Assembly: GCA_937920105.1 (NCBI GenBank)
Contig: CALETH010000070.1
Coordinates: 73,484 to 137,483, forward strand
Origin: an uncultured Bacteroidota bacterium
Lineage (GTDB): Bacteria; Bacteroidota; Ignavibacteria; UBA10030; UBA8401
Length of the DNA stretch: 64,000 nucleotides
Reading direction: 5' to 3'
Shown: positions 45,481-55,565 of the stretch, piece after piece
Position numbering within the stretch: position 1 is the first letter of the stretch
Layout: each line of letters starts with the position of its first letter
Program-made: the position numbers and the translations under genes
The notes under the pieces: generated by a model
The model's database searches: none
The model's input: the letters and a program-made list of their open reading frames with translations, nothing else
What the model was told of the DNA's origin: nothing

Positions 45481-47956
45481 ACATCATCCCCTGAGGGTCT
45501 ATATCTATTATAACATGCTGGTTGGTAAATTCTTTTTGTTGGGCTGTTCGAAAAATAACATTTCGCATGAAAGCCCCATTTTTATCTTTTTCACCTTCAG
45601 ATTTTACCATAATATGCCAACGATAATAATTTTTTATTTTTGGAATTACTGCTGGAGTTGGCCCTAAAATAGTGTGTGGTGGAAGAAATTTTTTAAGATG
45701 AGAAGAAAAACTTTCTGCTATTTGCTGAACCTTTTTTTCATTTTCTCCTTTACATTCTATCAACGCAACACGAACAAATGGAGGATAAAGCACTTCTTTA
45801 CGATGAACTAATTCCTCATCAAAAAAATCTTTAAAATTATGGTGAAGGATATGTCGCAACGCATAATGTGTTGGCTGCTGTGTTTGAATAACCACCTCAC
45901 CGCGTAACGTGCTTCTTCCTGCACGACCTGCAACTTGAGTGAGTAATTGAAATGTCCTTTCCGCAGAACGAAAATCCGGTAACATCATTTGTGTATCAGC
46001 AGAAATTACACCAACCAATGTAACGTGAGGAAAGTCCAATCCCTTCGCTACCATTTGTGTTCCCAATAAAATGTCTGCTTCTTTATTTCCGAATTGTTGT
46101 AATAATTTTTCGTGCGAGCCCTTGCGTGTTGTTGTATCCATATCCATCCGAATAATTTTTGCCGATGGAAAAAGTGCTGCAAGATTTTGTTCTACACGTT
46201 GTGTTCCAAATCCGTGAAGTTTTAAAGAAATTCCTCTACATTTCGGACAAATATCCGGAACTTGTTTTACAATTCCACAATAATGACACCGCAAATGTTT
46301 TTTGGTAAGATGATAGGTGAGAGTTACGTCACATCGTTCACATCGTTCTACAAATCCACATTCTTTACATTCTAAAAATGGTGCAAATCCTCTTCTGTTT
46401 TGAAGGATAATAACACCTTCTTTCTTTTCTAATCGTTCGCGAATTTTATTTTCTAATAATGTAGAAATATTGTTAGATTTTTTTTCCTTGAATGCATCAG
46501 CGCCAATTTCTTTTGCACGTTCTTTCATCATTACAAAACGTTTTTTGTTTTCATCAATCATATTGACAATAGCGATGGAGGGAAGTTGTGCAGTGTCAAT
46601 TCTTTCAGGGAGTTCTAATAATGTAAATTTATTATTTAATGTATTGTGATATGTTTCTATCGAAGGTGTTGCTGAACCCAACACAACCACAGCATTAGCA
46701 AAAGTTCCTCGCACAATTGCTGCATCACGTGCATTGTATCGCGGAGTTGCATCAAATTGCTTGTAGGATGATTCATGCTCTTCATCAACAACAATCAACC
46801 CCAAATCTTTTAACGGAGCGAAAAGTGCAGAACGAGGTCCAATCACGATTTTGCATTTTCCATTTTGTACGGAACGCCATACATCATAACGTTCTCCCAC
46901 GGACATTCTACTGTGCATGACGACAACATCATTTCCGAAATGTAGAGCAAAGCGTTTTACTGTTTGTGGTGTGAGGGAAATTTCTGGAACAAGCACTATT
47001 GCTGTTTTATTTTGCTGTAATGTTGAACGAATTGCTTCTATATAAACTTGTGTTTTTCCACTTCCGGTAATTCCATGCAAAAGAAATGTGTGATGTTTGT
47101 TGGTGTGTAGCGTTTCTTGAATTTTTTCTACTGCTTTTTGTTGATGTTCGTTGAGTTGAATATTGAGCATTTGTGCTGTATGCTCGTCAATATCAAATTG
47201 TGCTATTCGAGAAACCTCTTTCTCTATAATTTCTATAATATTTTTTTCTGCTAAACTTTTTAGGGAAGAAAGCGTTGTTTTTGTTTCCTTTAAAATTTTT
47301 TTTACGGGATAAGGTTCATTCAATTCTAAAATGCGAGCAAAAAGTCTTTGTTGCGATTTTCCTTTTAAAGAAATTTCTTCAGGAAAATCTTTTTTACGAA
47401 GATATTTTTCTGTTTTTATTTTTGTTTTTTTTATCTGTTCTTCAATCTTAATAATTTCTTTTTTATGGAGAGAATCTATAACAGAATAAATATTTACAAC
47501 TTTCGTTTGTTGTTGTAGTTGGGTGATTGATAGGGGAGAATGTTTTTGTAGAATTTGTACTATCTTTTTTTCTTGTGTAGAAAACGAAAATTGCGAAAAT
47601 ATTTCATTAAGAGGATTGTATAATAACGTTACTATTTTTTTACTTTTTTGTATAACACCTTGTGGTAAAAATATTCGCAATGTTTCTCCCAATGGAGTAC
47701 AATAATATTCACTTAACCATTGAGCGAGTTTGAGAAGTTCTTCAGAAAAAAGATTTTGCTCTATAACATCATAAATTGGTTTAAGATTTTTTACAGCAGA
47801 AGAATCGGCAATTTCTATAACTATACCAGAAAGTTTTTTCTTTCCAAAAGGAACAAGAACAATACTTCCTTTTTTCACCAATTCTAAAAATTGTGGTGGA
47901 ATATGGTAAGTAAAAAATTGTGAAACTGGAATTGGTAGTGCAATATTGGCGAACAT
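45479..47956 (-). CDS. priA: Primosomal protein N' (replication restart helicase PriA)
   Basis: GITGSGKT, VVDEEHE and the Cys-rich zinc region CKECGF…CERCD…CHYCG…CPKC are present. The product is 825 aa. Confidence 0.95.
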   Translation of the reverse strand: MFANIALPIPVSQFFTYHIPPQFLELVKKGSIVLVPFGKKKLSGIVIEIADSSAVKNLKPIYDVIEQNLFSEELLKLAQWLSEYYCTPLGETLRIFLPQGVIQKSKKIVTLLYNPLNEIFSQFSFSTQEKKIVQILQKHSPLSITQLQQQTKVVNIYSVIDSLHKKEIIKIEEQIKKTKIKTEKYLRKKDFPEEISLKGKSQQRLFARILELNEPYPVKKILKETKTTLSSLKSLAEKNIIEIIEKEVSRIAQFDIDEHTAQMLNIQLNEHQQKAVEKIQETLHTNKHHTFLLHGITGSGKTQVYIEAIRSTLQQNKTAIVLVPEISLTPQTVKRFALHFGNDVVVMHSRMSVGERYDVWRSVQNGKCKIVIGPRSALFAPLKDLGLIVVDEEHESSYKQFDATPRYNARDAAIVRGTFANAVVVLGSATPSIETYHNTLNNKFTLLELPERIDTAQLPSIAIVNMIDENKKRFVMMKERAKEIGADAFKEKKSNNISTLLENKIRERLEKKEGVIILQNRRGFAPFLECKECGFVERCERCDVTLTYHLTKKHLRCHYCGIVKQVPDICPKCRGISLKLHGFGTQRVEQNLAALFPSAKIIRMDMDTTTRKGSHEKLLQQFGNKEADILLGTQMVAKGLDFPHVTLVGVISADTQMMLPDFRSAERTFQLLTQVAGRAGRSTLRGEVVIQTQQPTHYALRHILHHNFKDFFDEELVHRKEVLYPPFVRVALIECKGENEKKVQQIAESFSSHLKKFLPPHTILGPTPAVIPKIKNYYRWHIMVKSEGEKDKNGAFMRNVIFRTAQQKEFTNQHVIIDIDPQGMM

Positions 47957-47961
47957 CTGTC

Positions 47962-48164
47962 TTAAACTATGATGAAATGATAGGTATGATGACCATGATT
48001 TTTAACTATGATGAAATGATTTGTATGATTACTATGATACTGTCATTGCGAGTTCCGATGTAGTCGGAACGAAGCAATCCACCACTGGCGGACTACTTTA
48101 TTAGCAATACCGAAAAAAATAATAAATTCATGTCCATCATAATAATCGTTTAATCATAGTTATA
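47962..48164. repeat. Composite repeat nest: two direct 'ttaaactatgatgaaatgat' units, a 'tgtcattgcgag…gaagcaatcc' hairpin and a terminal inverted 'atcgtttaatcatagtt' unit
   Basis: The direct copies lie at 47962-47981 and 48001-48020. The hairpin lies at 48041-48080. The inverted copy lies at 48145-48164 and encodes the last residues (…TMIKRLL*) of WaaA. Confidence 0.75.
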
Positions 48165-49402
48165 AATCTTTCCGTTGCTCCGCTTTGTTGTTCTACAAAA
48201 TTTTTTGCTATCATTCCTACATTTTGCGAATTATGTAAGAGTGAAGAAACTGTATTGTAAAATTCATTTTTATTATTGATAACAAATCCACCACCAATTT
48301 TTGCAAGAGCAATTGCTTCTTGCGAATTTGTATGCTTCGGTCCATACAAAACAGGAATACCAAAAACAGCTGGTTCCAAAACATTATGCACGCCTTGTTG
48401 AAATCCGCCGCCAATGTATGCAATGGTTGCATAGTTATATAATAGAGTAAGAATTCCAACACTATCAACAATAATAATTTTTTCGTTGCTGTAATCATTC
48501 AAATCTGAAAAACGAATGAATGATATTTTCTTTTCTAAACGATATTCTAAGTCTTCTAAATTTTTTAACGTTGGTTCGTGAGGAACAATAATTGTTAATA
48601 ATTCTGAATTTTCTTGGTGAAGTGTAAGTATTGCAGGAATAATGTGTTCTTCATCCTGTTCCCACGTTTGCCCCAGAACAACAATTTTTTTCTCTTTTAT
48701 AATATGATTAGGGAAAAGGTGTTTAGTTTTTGCCTCCGTACGTTTTTCAATTACTCTGTCAAAACGTGTATCGCCAAGAAATTGAATAGTTGGCTTTTTG
48801 ATTCTAAAATCTTGAAAACTTTTTGTGTCATTTTCGGTAATAGTAAAAATAGAATGAAAGCAGTTGTATAGTGATGTATGAAATTGTCGAACAGCAAAAA
48901 CTTTTCGTGAGGTTCGTTGTTTCATTGTAGCATTCACTAAAATAATTGGAATATTGGTTTTATATAATCTCCAGATTATGTTAGGCCAAATATCATAACG
49001 AATAAATATTGCTAAAGAAGGTTGAAGAAGATTGATAAACTTTTTCACTTTCCAAAAAGAGTCAAAAGGAATATACATAACAACATCAGCAAATTTATAA
49101 TGTTTGGAATTTTCATATCCGGAAGGAGAAAAGAAAGTAGCAATAATTTTTACGGATGGGTAATGAGACTTTATTTTTTCAATAATGGGTTTTGCTTGTT
49201 CAAATTCTCCAAGAGAAGATGCGTGAAACCAAATTCGTTGTGTTTTTGGAAAAGATGCTAAAACATTTTCTAATTCTTGAAAAAGATTTTTTCTTCCATT
49301 AATTCCTCGTTGTATTTTAGAATTAAAAAATTTTCCCGTATGGAAAACAATCCATAAAATTGGGATGATAATAACGTTGTAGAGTAATTTCCAAAAAATC
49401 AT
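48137..49402 (-). CDS. waaA: 3-deoxy-D-manno-octulosonic acid (Kdo) transferase
   Basis: An N-terminal TM is present. WFHASSLGEFEQAKPII and the C-terminal GT-B block (…GGGFQQGVHNVLEPAVFGIPVLYGP) are present. Confidence 0.9.
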   Translation of the reverse strand: MIFWKLLYNVIIIPILWIVFHTGKFFNSKIQRGINGRKNLFQELENVLASFPKTQRIWFHASSLGEFEQAKPIIEKIKSHYPSVKIIATFFSPSGYENSKHYKFADVVMYIPFDSFWKVKKFINLLQPSLAIFIRYDIWPNIIWRLYKTNIPIILVNATMKQRTSRKVFAVRQFHTSLYNCFHSIFTITENDTKSFQDFRIKKPTIQFLGDTRFDRVIEKRTEAKTKHLFPNHIIKEKKIVVLGQTWEQDEEHIIPAILTLHQENSELLTIIVPHEPTLKNLEDLEYRLEKKISFIRFSDLNDYSNEKIIIVDSVGILTLLYNYATIAYIGGGFQQGVHNVLEPAVFGIPVLYGPKHTNSQEAIALAKIGGGFVINNKNEFYNTVSSLLHNSQNVGMIAKNFVEQQSGATERFITMIKRLL

Positions 49403-49417
49403 AGGTGGCCGATGAAA

Positions 49418-49449
49418 AATTTGTCAAGTTTTTAAAACTTGATAAATCT
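49418..49449. repeat. Second copy of the 'gtcaagtttttaaaacttga' palindrome
   Basis: The sequence is aaatttgtcaagtttttaaaacttgataaatct. It lies in the divergent promoter region between waaA and the nucleotidyltransferase gene. Confidence 0.75.
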
Positions 49450-49546
49450 AATATATCAAATTTGAATTGTGGAAAAAACATTTATTGCTTCTCATAGCAA
49501 ACTTGATTATTTTTTGAAATATTTTTTATATCAATGAAAGAAAATT

Positions 49547-50524
49547 ATGAGAGCAATTATTCCTGTTGCGGGTGTTGGAAGTCGACTCCGTCCACATACA
49601 TACACTGTTCCAAAAGTGTTATTAAATGTTGCTGGTAAACCCATCATCGGTCATATCATGGATAAAATTATTGCTGATGGTTTTGACGAGGCAACAATTG
49701 TTGTTGGATATTTGGGAGATTTAATTAAAGAATATATTGTCAAAAATTATTCATCTATAAAATTAGATTTTGTGGAACAAGAAGAGCGTTTGGGACTTGG
49801 ACATGCAATTTATCTTTCGCGACACACAATTTCCAAAGACCCAATTCTTATTATTTTAGGTGATACGGTTTTTGATGTCAACCTAACAGAAATGATGAAT
49901 AATGAACATTCTGTTTTGGGTGTAAAAGAGGTTGCAGACCCGCGTCGTTTTGGAGTTGCAGAACTTCACAATGGATTTATTTCCCGTCTCATAGAAAAAC
50001 CGGAAAAACCCACAAGCAATTTAGCCATCGTTGGTCTCTATTATATCAAACATCCTGATATTTTGTTGGATTGTTTGAAAGAAATGATTAAGCGAGATAT
50101 TCGTACAAAAAACGAATATCAACTTACGGATGGTTTGCAATTAATGATTGAACGTGGAGAAAAATTACAAACATTTCTCATTGATGGTTGGTACGATTGT
50201 GGAAAACCAGAAACATTATTAGAAACTAATAGACACCTACTTCATACAACAGCAACCAATGGTAAATATGAAAATGTTGTTATTAATCCACCAGTTTTTA
50301 TTTCTCCAAGTGCTACAGTAAAAAACGCCGTTGTCGGTCCATTTGCCACCATTGCTGAAGGAGCAACGGTAGAAGATTCTTTTATTAAAAATTCTATTAT
50401 TAGTGAAAATGCAACAGTGCAATCTGCGTTGTTGGAAGATTCTATTATTGGTAGTAATGCAATTGTAAAAGGTGGATTTAAAAGAATTAATATTGGTGAT
50501 TCTTCAGAGTTGGAGTATTATTGA
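49547..50524 (+). CDS. Sugar-phosphate nucleotidyltransferase with a C-terminal left-handed beta-helix (glucose-1-P thymidylyl/uridylyltransferase-like)
   Basis: MRAIIPVAGVGSRLRPHTYTVPKVLL is the G-x-G-x-R-L loop. …GLGHAI… is present. Hexapeptide-like repeats occupy the last ~90 aa. Confidence 0.85.
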   Translation: MRAIIPVAGVGSRLRPHTYTVPKVLLNVAGKPIIGHIMDKIIADGFDEATIVVGYLGDLIKEYIVKNYSSIKLDFVEQEERLGLGHAIYLSRHTISKDPILIILGDTVFDVNLTEMMNNEHSVLGVKEVADPRRFGVAELHNGFISRLIEKPEKPTSNLAIVGLYYIKHPDILLDCLKEMIKRDIRTKNEYQLTDGLQLMIERGEKLQTFLIDGWYDCGKPETLLETNRHLLHTTATNGKYENVVINPPVFISPSATVKNAVVGPFATIAEGATVEDSFIKNSIISENATVQSALLEDSIIGSNAIVKGGFKRINIGDSSELEYY

Positions 50525-50527
50525 TTA

Positions 50528-50899
50528 ATGAAATTTATCTGGAATTTATTGTTTGGTGGCGACTTAACTTTTTCTAGTATTGCGTTTAGAATTTCTCTCA
50601 TACTAGGATTTTTAAGTTTAGGTGCTTTAGGCGGAGTTACTCATTATTTAGTTGCTCCGCTACTTAATCTTAAGTTTCCACCATTTGATTCTTGGCATGG
50701 TGATTGGGTTTGGCCTGTTGCAATTGTGGTATCATTTCTATGGCCAATCGGGTTTTTGTTCTCTGAAAGAGTGTATGATTTTTTTATTAAGTATAATATA
50801 CCGCATTTTTTAAATTATCTCATTTATATTTTTGTACTTTGGTTGTGGATATTGGTAATTTGGTATTTTTTATTATCAATTAAATTTAGGAACTCGTAA
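50528..50899 (+). CDS. Small integral membrane protein (hypothetical)
   Basis: The 123-aa product has 3-4 hydrophobic helices and is tightly packed between neighbouring genes. Confidence 0.5.
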   Translation: MKFIWNLLFGGDLTFSSIAFRISLILGFLSLGALGGVTHYLVAPLLNLKFPPFDSWHGDWVWPVAIVVSFLWPIGFLFSERVYDFFIKYNIPHFLNYLIYIFVLWLWILVIWYFLLSIKFRNS

Positions 50900-51037
50900 T
50901 ATATGTTTGGAGATGATGTGTTTATAGTATTATTTTTTCTTTTTTTATTTTTTATTGCAGGAATTGGTGCTGTACTATTTTATTTTTTCAGAAAAACTAT
51001 TATTCAAAAAATTAATTTTAGAGGAGGAAATTTTTCC

Positions 51038-52441
51038 ATGAAAGAATTGCTTCGTAAGTCCATCATCATAAGAATTATTCTTGTAACAATTCTTACACTG
51101 ATATTACTTATTCCGGCGACAATGGTGCAAGACCTTGTTCATGAAAGACAAAATCGTAGAGATAATGCAGTGTTGGAAGTAACAGAAAAATGGGGACAGC
51201 AGCAAACTATTGGTGGACCTATTTTGTCTGTTCCATATTTATATACATGGAAAAATGATAGCGGAAAAACATTTTGGTCAACTGGCTACGCACATTTTTT
51301 ACCAGAAAAACTTAATGTTGAAGGAGAATTATTTCCTGAAATCCGGCATAGAGGAATGTATGATGTCGTATTATATAAATCTGTTTCTAAAATTAGTGGA
51401 ACATTTTCCCCACCAAATTTTAGTGAATTTTCTATTGATGAAAAAAATATTTTGTGGGAAGATGCATTTCTTTCCATGGGTGTCAGCGATTTAAAAGGAA
51501 TTAGCAGTGATGTTACTATTCAATGGAACGAATTGCAAATAGAACAAGAAGCAGTCAATATAAAAAATAACGATGTTTTTTCTTCAGGAATTAGTATTGA
51601 AGTTCCGCTCAAACAAAAACAAGAATATAAATTTTCTTTTGAATTAAAACTTAATGGAAGCAGTGAAATAAATTTTCTTCCGGTTGGAAAACAAACCGAG
51701 GTAAAAATTTCCTCACAATGGGGAACGCCAAGTTTTATTGGTGCATATTTACCGGAATCTCGCACAGTGCAAAATGATAAATTTTCGGCTCAATGGAAAA
51801 TATTTCATCTCAACAGAAATTATCCCCAACAATGGCTAAACACATCCTATAATATTGTCAGTAAAACAAAAACAAAAAATGCTTATACCTACACTGATGA
51901 CGAGTATTACAGAGAAAATTATTACAATCAACAACAATCTTCAGAAAATTCTGCCTTTGGTGTGATGTTGCGAATGGCTGTTGATGAATATCAAAAAAAT
52001 ACTCGCACCGTGAAATATGCAATTATGTTTATTGCTCTTACATTTCTTTCATTTTTCATGACAGAATTGTTAAACAAAAAAATTCTTCATCCAATACAAT
52101 ACCTTCTTATTGGAATTGCATTAGTACTTTTTTATACACTTCTTCTTTCGCTTTCCGAACAGTTGGGATTTAATCTTGCCTATTGGATTGCAAGTCTCGC
52201 AATTATTTCTTCTATCACCTTATATACAAAATCCGTACTTTCCAATAATACGGTTACAATGGTCATTGCCGGAATTTTAGTACTGTTATATGGATTTTTA
52301 TTTATGATTTTACAGTTAGAAGATTATGCACTTCTTTTTGGCAGCATCGGTTTATTTATGGTGTTGGTAATTGTGATGTATTTAACACGAAAAATAGATT
52401 GGTTTGCTGTTGGAAAAACACAAGAAAATTCACAAGCATAA
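51038..52441 (+). CDS. creD: Cell envelope integrity protein CreD
   Basis: GAGGAGGA lies 9 nt before the ATG at 51038. MKELLRKSIIIRIILVTILTLILLIPATMVQDLVHERQNRR… is a typical CreD opening. The C-terminus has about 5 TM segments. The track ORF extends in frame to 50903, adding a 45-aa TM segment. Confidence 0.8.
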   Translation: MKELLRKSIIIRIILVTILTLILLIPATMVQDLVHERQNRRDNAVLEVTEKWGQQQTIGGPILSVPYLYTWKNDSGKTFWSTGYAHFLPEKLNVEGELFPEIRHRGMYDVVLYKSVSKISGTFSPPNFSEFSIDEKNILWEDAFLSMGVSDLKGISSDVTIQWNELQIEQEAVNIKNNDVFSSGISIEVPLKQKQEYKFSFELKLNGSSEINFLPVGKQTEVKISSQWGTPSFIGAYLPESRTVQNDKFSAQWKIFHLNRNYPQQWLNTSYNIVSKTKTKNAYTYTDDEYYRENYYNQQQSSENSAFGVMLRMAVDEYQKNTRTVKYAIMFIALTFLSFFMTELLNKKILHPIQYLLIGIALVLFYTLLLSLSEQLGFNLAYWIASLAIISSITLYTKSVLSNNTVTMVIAGILVLLYGFLFMILQLEDYALLFGSIGLFMVLVIVMYLTRKIDWFAVGKTQENSQA

Positions 52442-52518
52442 AAATATTCAGATTTAGAACGTATAAACAATAAACAAACACTGGTATTTTCTAAAAGGGA
52501 AAATTCACAAAGTTGGTT

Positions 52519-52554
52519 TCCCCTCCTATTTATAGGAGGGGATAAAGGGGAGGT
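52519..52554. repeat. 'tcccctcc…ggagggga' palindromic repeat
   Basis: The sequence is tcccctcctatttataggaggggataaaggggaggt. It belongs to the same family as 6088..6140. Confidence 0.65.
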
Positions 52555-52728
52555 CAGTAAATGCAAAAACGACCACTCTTACAAGGAGGGAAATCTTTCT
52601 CAATAATGGGGACGTGCTAAACTCTTCCGAACATGTATGGTTTTAAAAACCAGTACTAATTTATACTTTGTAGATAAATTTTTTATCTTACATAACAAAC
52701 ATAAACAATTACAGAAAGGAAACACACA

Positions 52729-54813
52729 ATGAAAAACAAACTCTTCACATATTACACAATAGTATCATTGTTAATAATACCAATAACCAGCAAAGCCCAA
52801 TGGGCAAAAAGTGTTGGTGGAAGTGGGTATGATAAATCTTACAGTATTGCTGTAGATGGAAGTGGTAACACCTACATAACAGGGACTTTTGAAGGTACAG
52901 TAGATTTTGACCCTGGAGCAGGAACAACAACTTTAACAAGTGGTGGTTATGGAGTTATCTTTTTTGCAAAGTATGATGCCAATGGTTCATTAGTATGGGC
53001 AAAAAGTGTTGGGGAAAATGGTAATACCACATCTTACAGTATTACTGTAGATGGAAGTGGGAATATCTACATAACAGGATATTTTTTGGGCACAGTAGAT
53101 TTTAATCCATCTCCAAACCCAGCAGATACACTTTATTTAACAGAAAATACTGGGGGAAGTATTTTTTTTGCAAAATACAATGGTAGTGATGGTTCATTAG
53201 TATGGGCAAAAAATCTGGTTGCAACACAATATAGTTTTAATGAAGGTCGTAATATTACTGTAAAAGATGGAGATTTATATCTAACTGGCCGTTTTCGTTA
53301 TACAACGGATTTTGACCCATCTCCAAATCTGGCAGATACATTGTATTTAAATAATAGTGGTGGTGATGCCATGTTTTTTGCAAAATACAGTAGTAATGAT
53401 GGTTCATTAGTTTGGGCAAAAAGTATTAGTGGAGTTGTTGTTGCAAATATTGACAGCAAAAAAATACATGTAGATGGAACTGGAAATGTTTATGTAGTTG
53501 GGTCTTTTAGGGGTACAGCAGATTTTGACCCATCAACCAATCCAGCAGATACATTGAATTTAACCAGTAATGGTAGTGAATCGGATATATTTTTTGCAAA
53601 ATACAATGGTAATGATGGTTCATTAGTCTGGGCAAAAAGTATTGGTGGAAGTAATAGCGATTATGGTAATGATATTACCATTGATGGTAACAGTAATATT
53701 TATATAACAGGAACTTTTAAAGGTACAGTAGATTTTGACCCAGGTACAGGAACAGCAGATTTAATAAGTACTAATGGAGATATTTTTTTTGCCAAGTACA
53801 ATAATAATGATGGCTCATTGTTCTGGGCAAAAAATTTAAAAAGTAGTGGTACTGGATATAGTGAATATCCTAGTATATTTGTTAATAACAGTATATATGT
53901 AGTAGGAAGTTTTGGTGGAAACGTAGATTTTAATCCATCTCCAAACCCAGAAGATACATTACATTTGAGTAGTAATAATGAAGATGTATTTTTGGCAAAC
54001 TATAGTAGTAATGATGGTTCATTAGTGTGGGCAAAAAGTATGAAAAGTGTTGGTAGTGGATTTACCTATAATAATAGTATGGTTATGGTTAATAACAATA
54101 TTTATATAACAGGATATTTTACTGACAAAGCCGATTTTGACCCATCAACAAATCCAGCTGATACATTATATTTAACCAGTAATGGTAACAATGATATCTT
54201 CTTTGCAAAATACAATAGTAATGGATTTCTCCCCGTAGAACTTACCTCATTTATAGCAACATCAAAAAATAATACTGTAGAATTATCATGGAGTACAGTG
54301 AGTGAAATAAATAATTTTGGATTTGAAGTTGAAAAAGCAGAATACAGAAATCAGAACACAGAAAACAGAAAAACAGAATGGAGAACTATCGGAAATGTAC
54401 AAGGAAACGGAACCAGCAATATCCAACATCATTACACATTTATCGATAATAATGTTGGTACAGGAAAATTTATCTATCGATTAAAACAAATTGATATGGA
54501 TGGAAAGTTTACGTACAGCGAAGAAGAAGAAGTATATGTGGGAGTTCCAAAAGCAATAAAATTATTACAAAATTATCCAAACCCATTTAATCCGGTAACA
54601 ACAATTAATTATGAAATTCCAACAACCGGAAAAGTCTATTTGAAAGTGTATAATGTGTTAGGAGAAGAAGTAGCAACACTGGTTAATGGAGTACAAGAAG
54701 CCGGAAGATATTCCACACAATTTGATGCATCGAAATATTCTTCTGGAATATATTTTTATAAACTTACATCAAATAATTATACATTAGTAAAATCAATGTT
54801 GTTGGTAAAATAG
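52729..54813 (+). CDS. T9SS cargo protein with SBBP-type beta-propeller repeats and a type-A C-terminal sorting domain
   Basis: A signal peptide is present. About 9 repeats of 'DGSLVWAKS…DGSGNIYITG.F.GTVDFDP' occur. The CTD is NYPNPFNP…VYNVLGEEVATLVNG…GIYFYKLTSNNYTLVKSMLLVK. Confidence 0.9.
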   Translation: MKNKLFTYYTIVSLLIIPITSKAQWAKSVGGSGYDKSYSIAVDGSGNTYITGTFEGTVDFDPGAGTTTLTSGGYGVIFFAKYDANGSLVWAKSVGENGNTTSYSITVDGSGNIYITGYFLGTVDFNPSPNPADTLYLTENTGGSIFFAKYNGSDGSLVWAKNLVATQYSFNEGRNITVKDGDLYLTGRFRYTTDFDPSPNLADTLYLNNSGGDAMFFAKYSSNDGSLVWAKSISGVVVANIDSKKIHVDGTGNVYVVGSFRGTADFDPSTNPADTLNLTSNGSESDIFFAKYNGNDGSLVWAKSIGGSNSDYGNDITIDGNSNIYITGTFKGTVDFDPGTGTADLISTNGDIFFAKYNNNDGSLFWAKNLKSSGTGYSEYPSIFVNNSIYVVGSFGGNVDFNPSPNPEDTLHLSSNNEDVFLANYSSNDGSLVWAKSMKSVGSGFTYNNSMVMVNNNIYITGYFTDKADFDPSTNPADTLYLTSNGNNDIFFAKYNSNGFLPVELTSFIATSKNNTVELSWSTVSEINNFGFEVEKAEYRNQNTENRKTEWRTIGNVQGNGTSNIQHHYTFIDNNVGTGKFIYRLKQIDMDGKFTYSEEEEVYVGVPKAIKLLQNYPNPFNPVTTINYEIPTTGKVYLKVYNVLGEEVATLVNGVQEAGRYSTQFDASKYSSGIYFYKLTSNNYTLVKSMLLVK

Positions 54814-54918
54814 ACCATGATTTTCATGATTAAAAGATGGGCTTGATTTATTGGTAAATTCTGTTAGCGGATGTGAAGATGCTGACATTTATATAAAACC
54901 TCTGGGTTTGAAATATAG

Positions 54919-54976
54919 CCACGCTCTTCAGAGCGTGGTGAAATTATCACAGTACTAATATTGGACTTTAGTCCAA
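54919..54976. repeat. Two further short GC-stem hairpins (ccacgctc-ttca-gagcgtgg; ttggact-tt-agtccaa)
   Basis: The hairpins lie at 54919-54938 and 54961-54976. Only single copies occur in this window, so family status was not testable here. Confidence 0.4.
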
Positions 54977-55082
54977 AAAACAAAGTAAATGTAAATCAGC
55001 GAAGAGAAAAAATGTCCGTTCGCGAATCCTGTTTATAAAAGTTTGAATAACTTTTTACATATTTTTTAGCAGGATGTCTATG

Positions 55083-55115
55083 ATATTAGTAAAATCAATG
55101 ATGTTTGTACAATAA
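55083..55115 (+). pseudogene. 33-nt relic of a T9SS C-terminal-domain 3' end
   Basis: 28 of 33 nt are identical to 54781..54813, the last 10 codons plus stop of the upstream cargo gene. It reads …ILVKSMMFVQ* versus …TLVKSMLLVK*, and stops lie upstream of it. Confidence 0.5.
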
Positions 55116-55134
55116 ACAAAAAAGGATTAATGTT

Positions 55135-55491
55135 ATGGAAACACTAAAACCCATCGTCGCAAAAATGGTTTCAGATATGAAATTCATGGCAATTGCCACT
55201 ATTGTAAGTGGTGGATTAAATTGTTTAAGTATTATTGGAGCAGTTGTTGGTATTCCGCTCATTATTGCTGGTTTGCGATTAAAAGATGCTGCAGAGGCAT
55301 TTACCAGTTACATTCATAATAATGATATGGCAAGTCTTCAGCGAGCAATGGAGCAACAGCGAACATATTTTTTTATCCACAAAATAATGTTCATTGTTGG
55401 AATTTCACTAGCAATTCTTATAATAGTGCTTTTTATTACGCTCGGTGGTTTTGCTTTTTTAAATATGATGAATGAAATGCAAGGATATTAA
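55135..55491 (+). CDS. Small membrane protein, DUF5362-like
   Basis: METLKPIV… is the start, and …[31 protein letters not shown]… is present with 2 TM segments. The ATG at 55135 is preferred over the upstream TTG. Confidence 0.55.
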   Translation: METLKPIVAKMVSDMKFMAIATIVSGGLNCLSIIGAVVGIPLIIAGLRLKDAAEAFTSYIHNNDMASLQRAMEQQRTYFFIHKIMFIVGISLAILIIVLFITLGGFAFLNMMNEMQGY

Positions 55492-55565
55492 ATAATAAAC
55501 GCATTTTAAATTTTAACAATACAAAATACATACAATATAAAAATATAATAAAGGAAGATCTATTC

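Noticed and set aside
55492-55565. A SAM riboswitch upstream of metK, and an SAH riboswitch upstream of ahcY (57185..57215).
   Set aside because: The leaders are only 74 and 31 nt, extremely AT-rich, and lack the conserved SAM-I/SAH helices.
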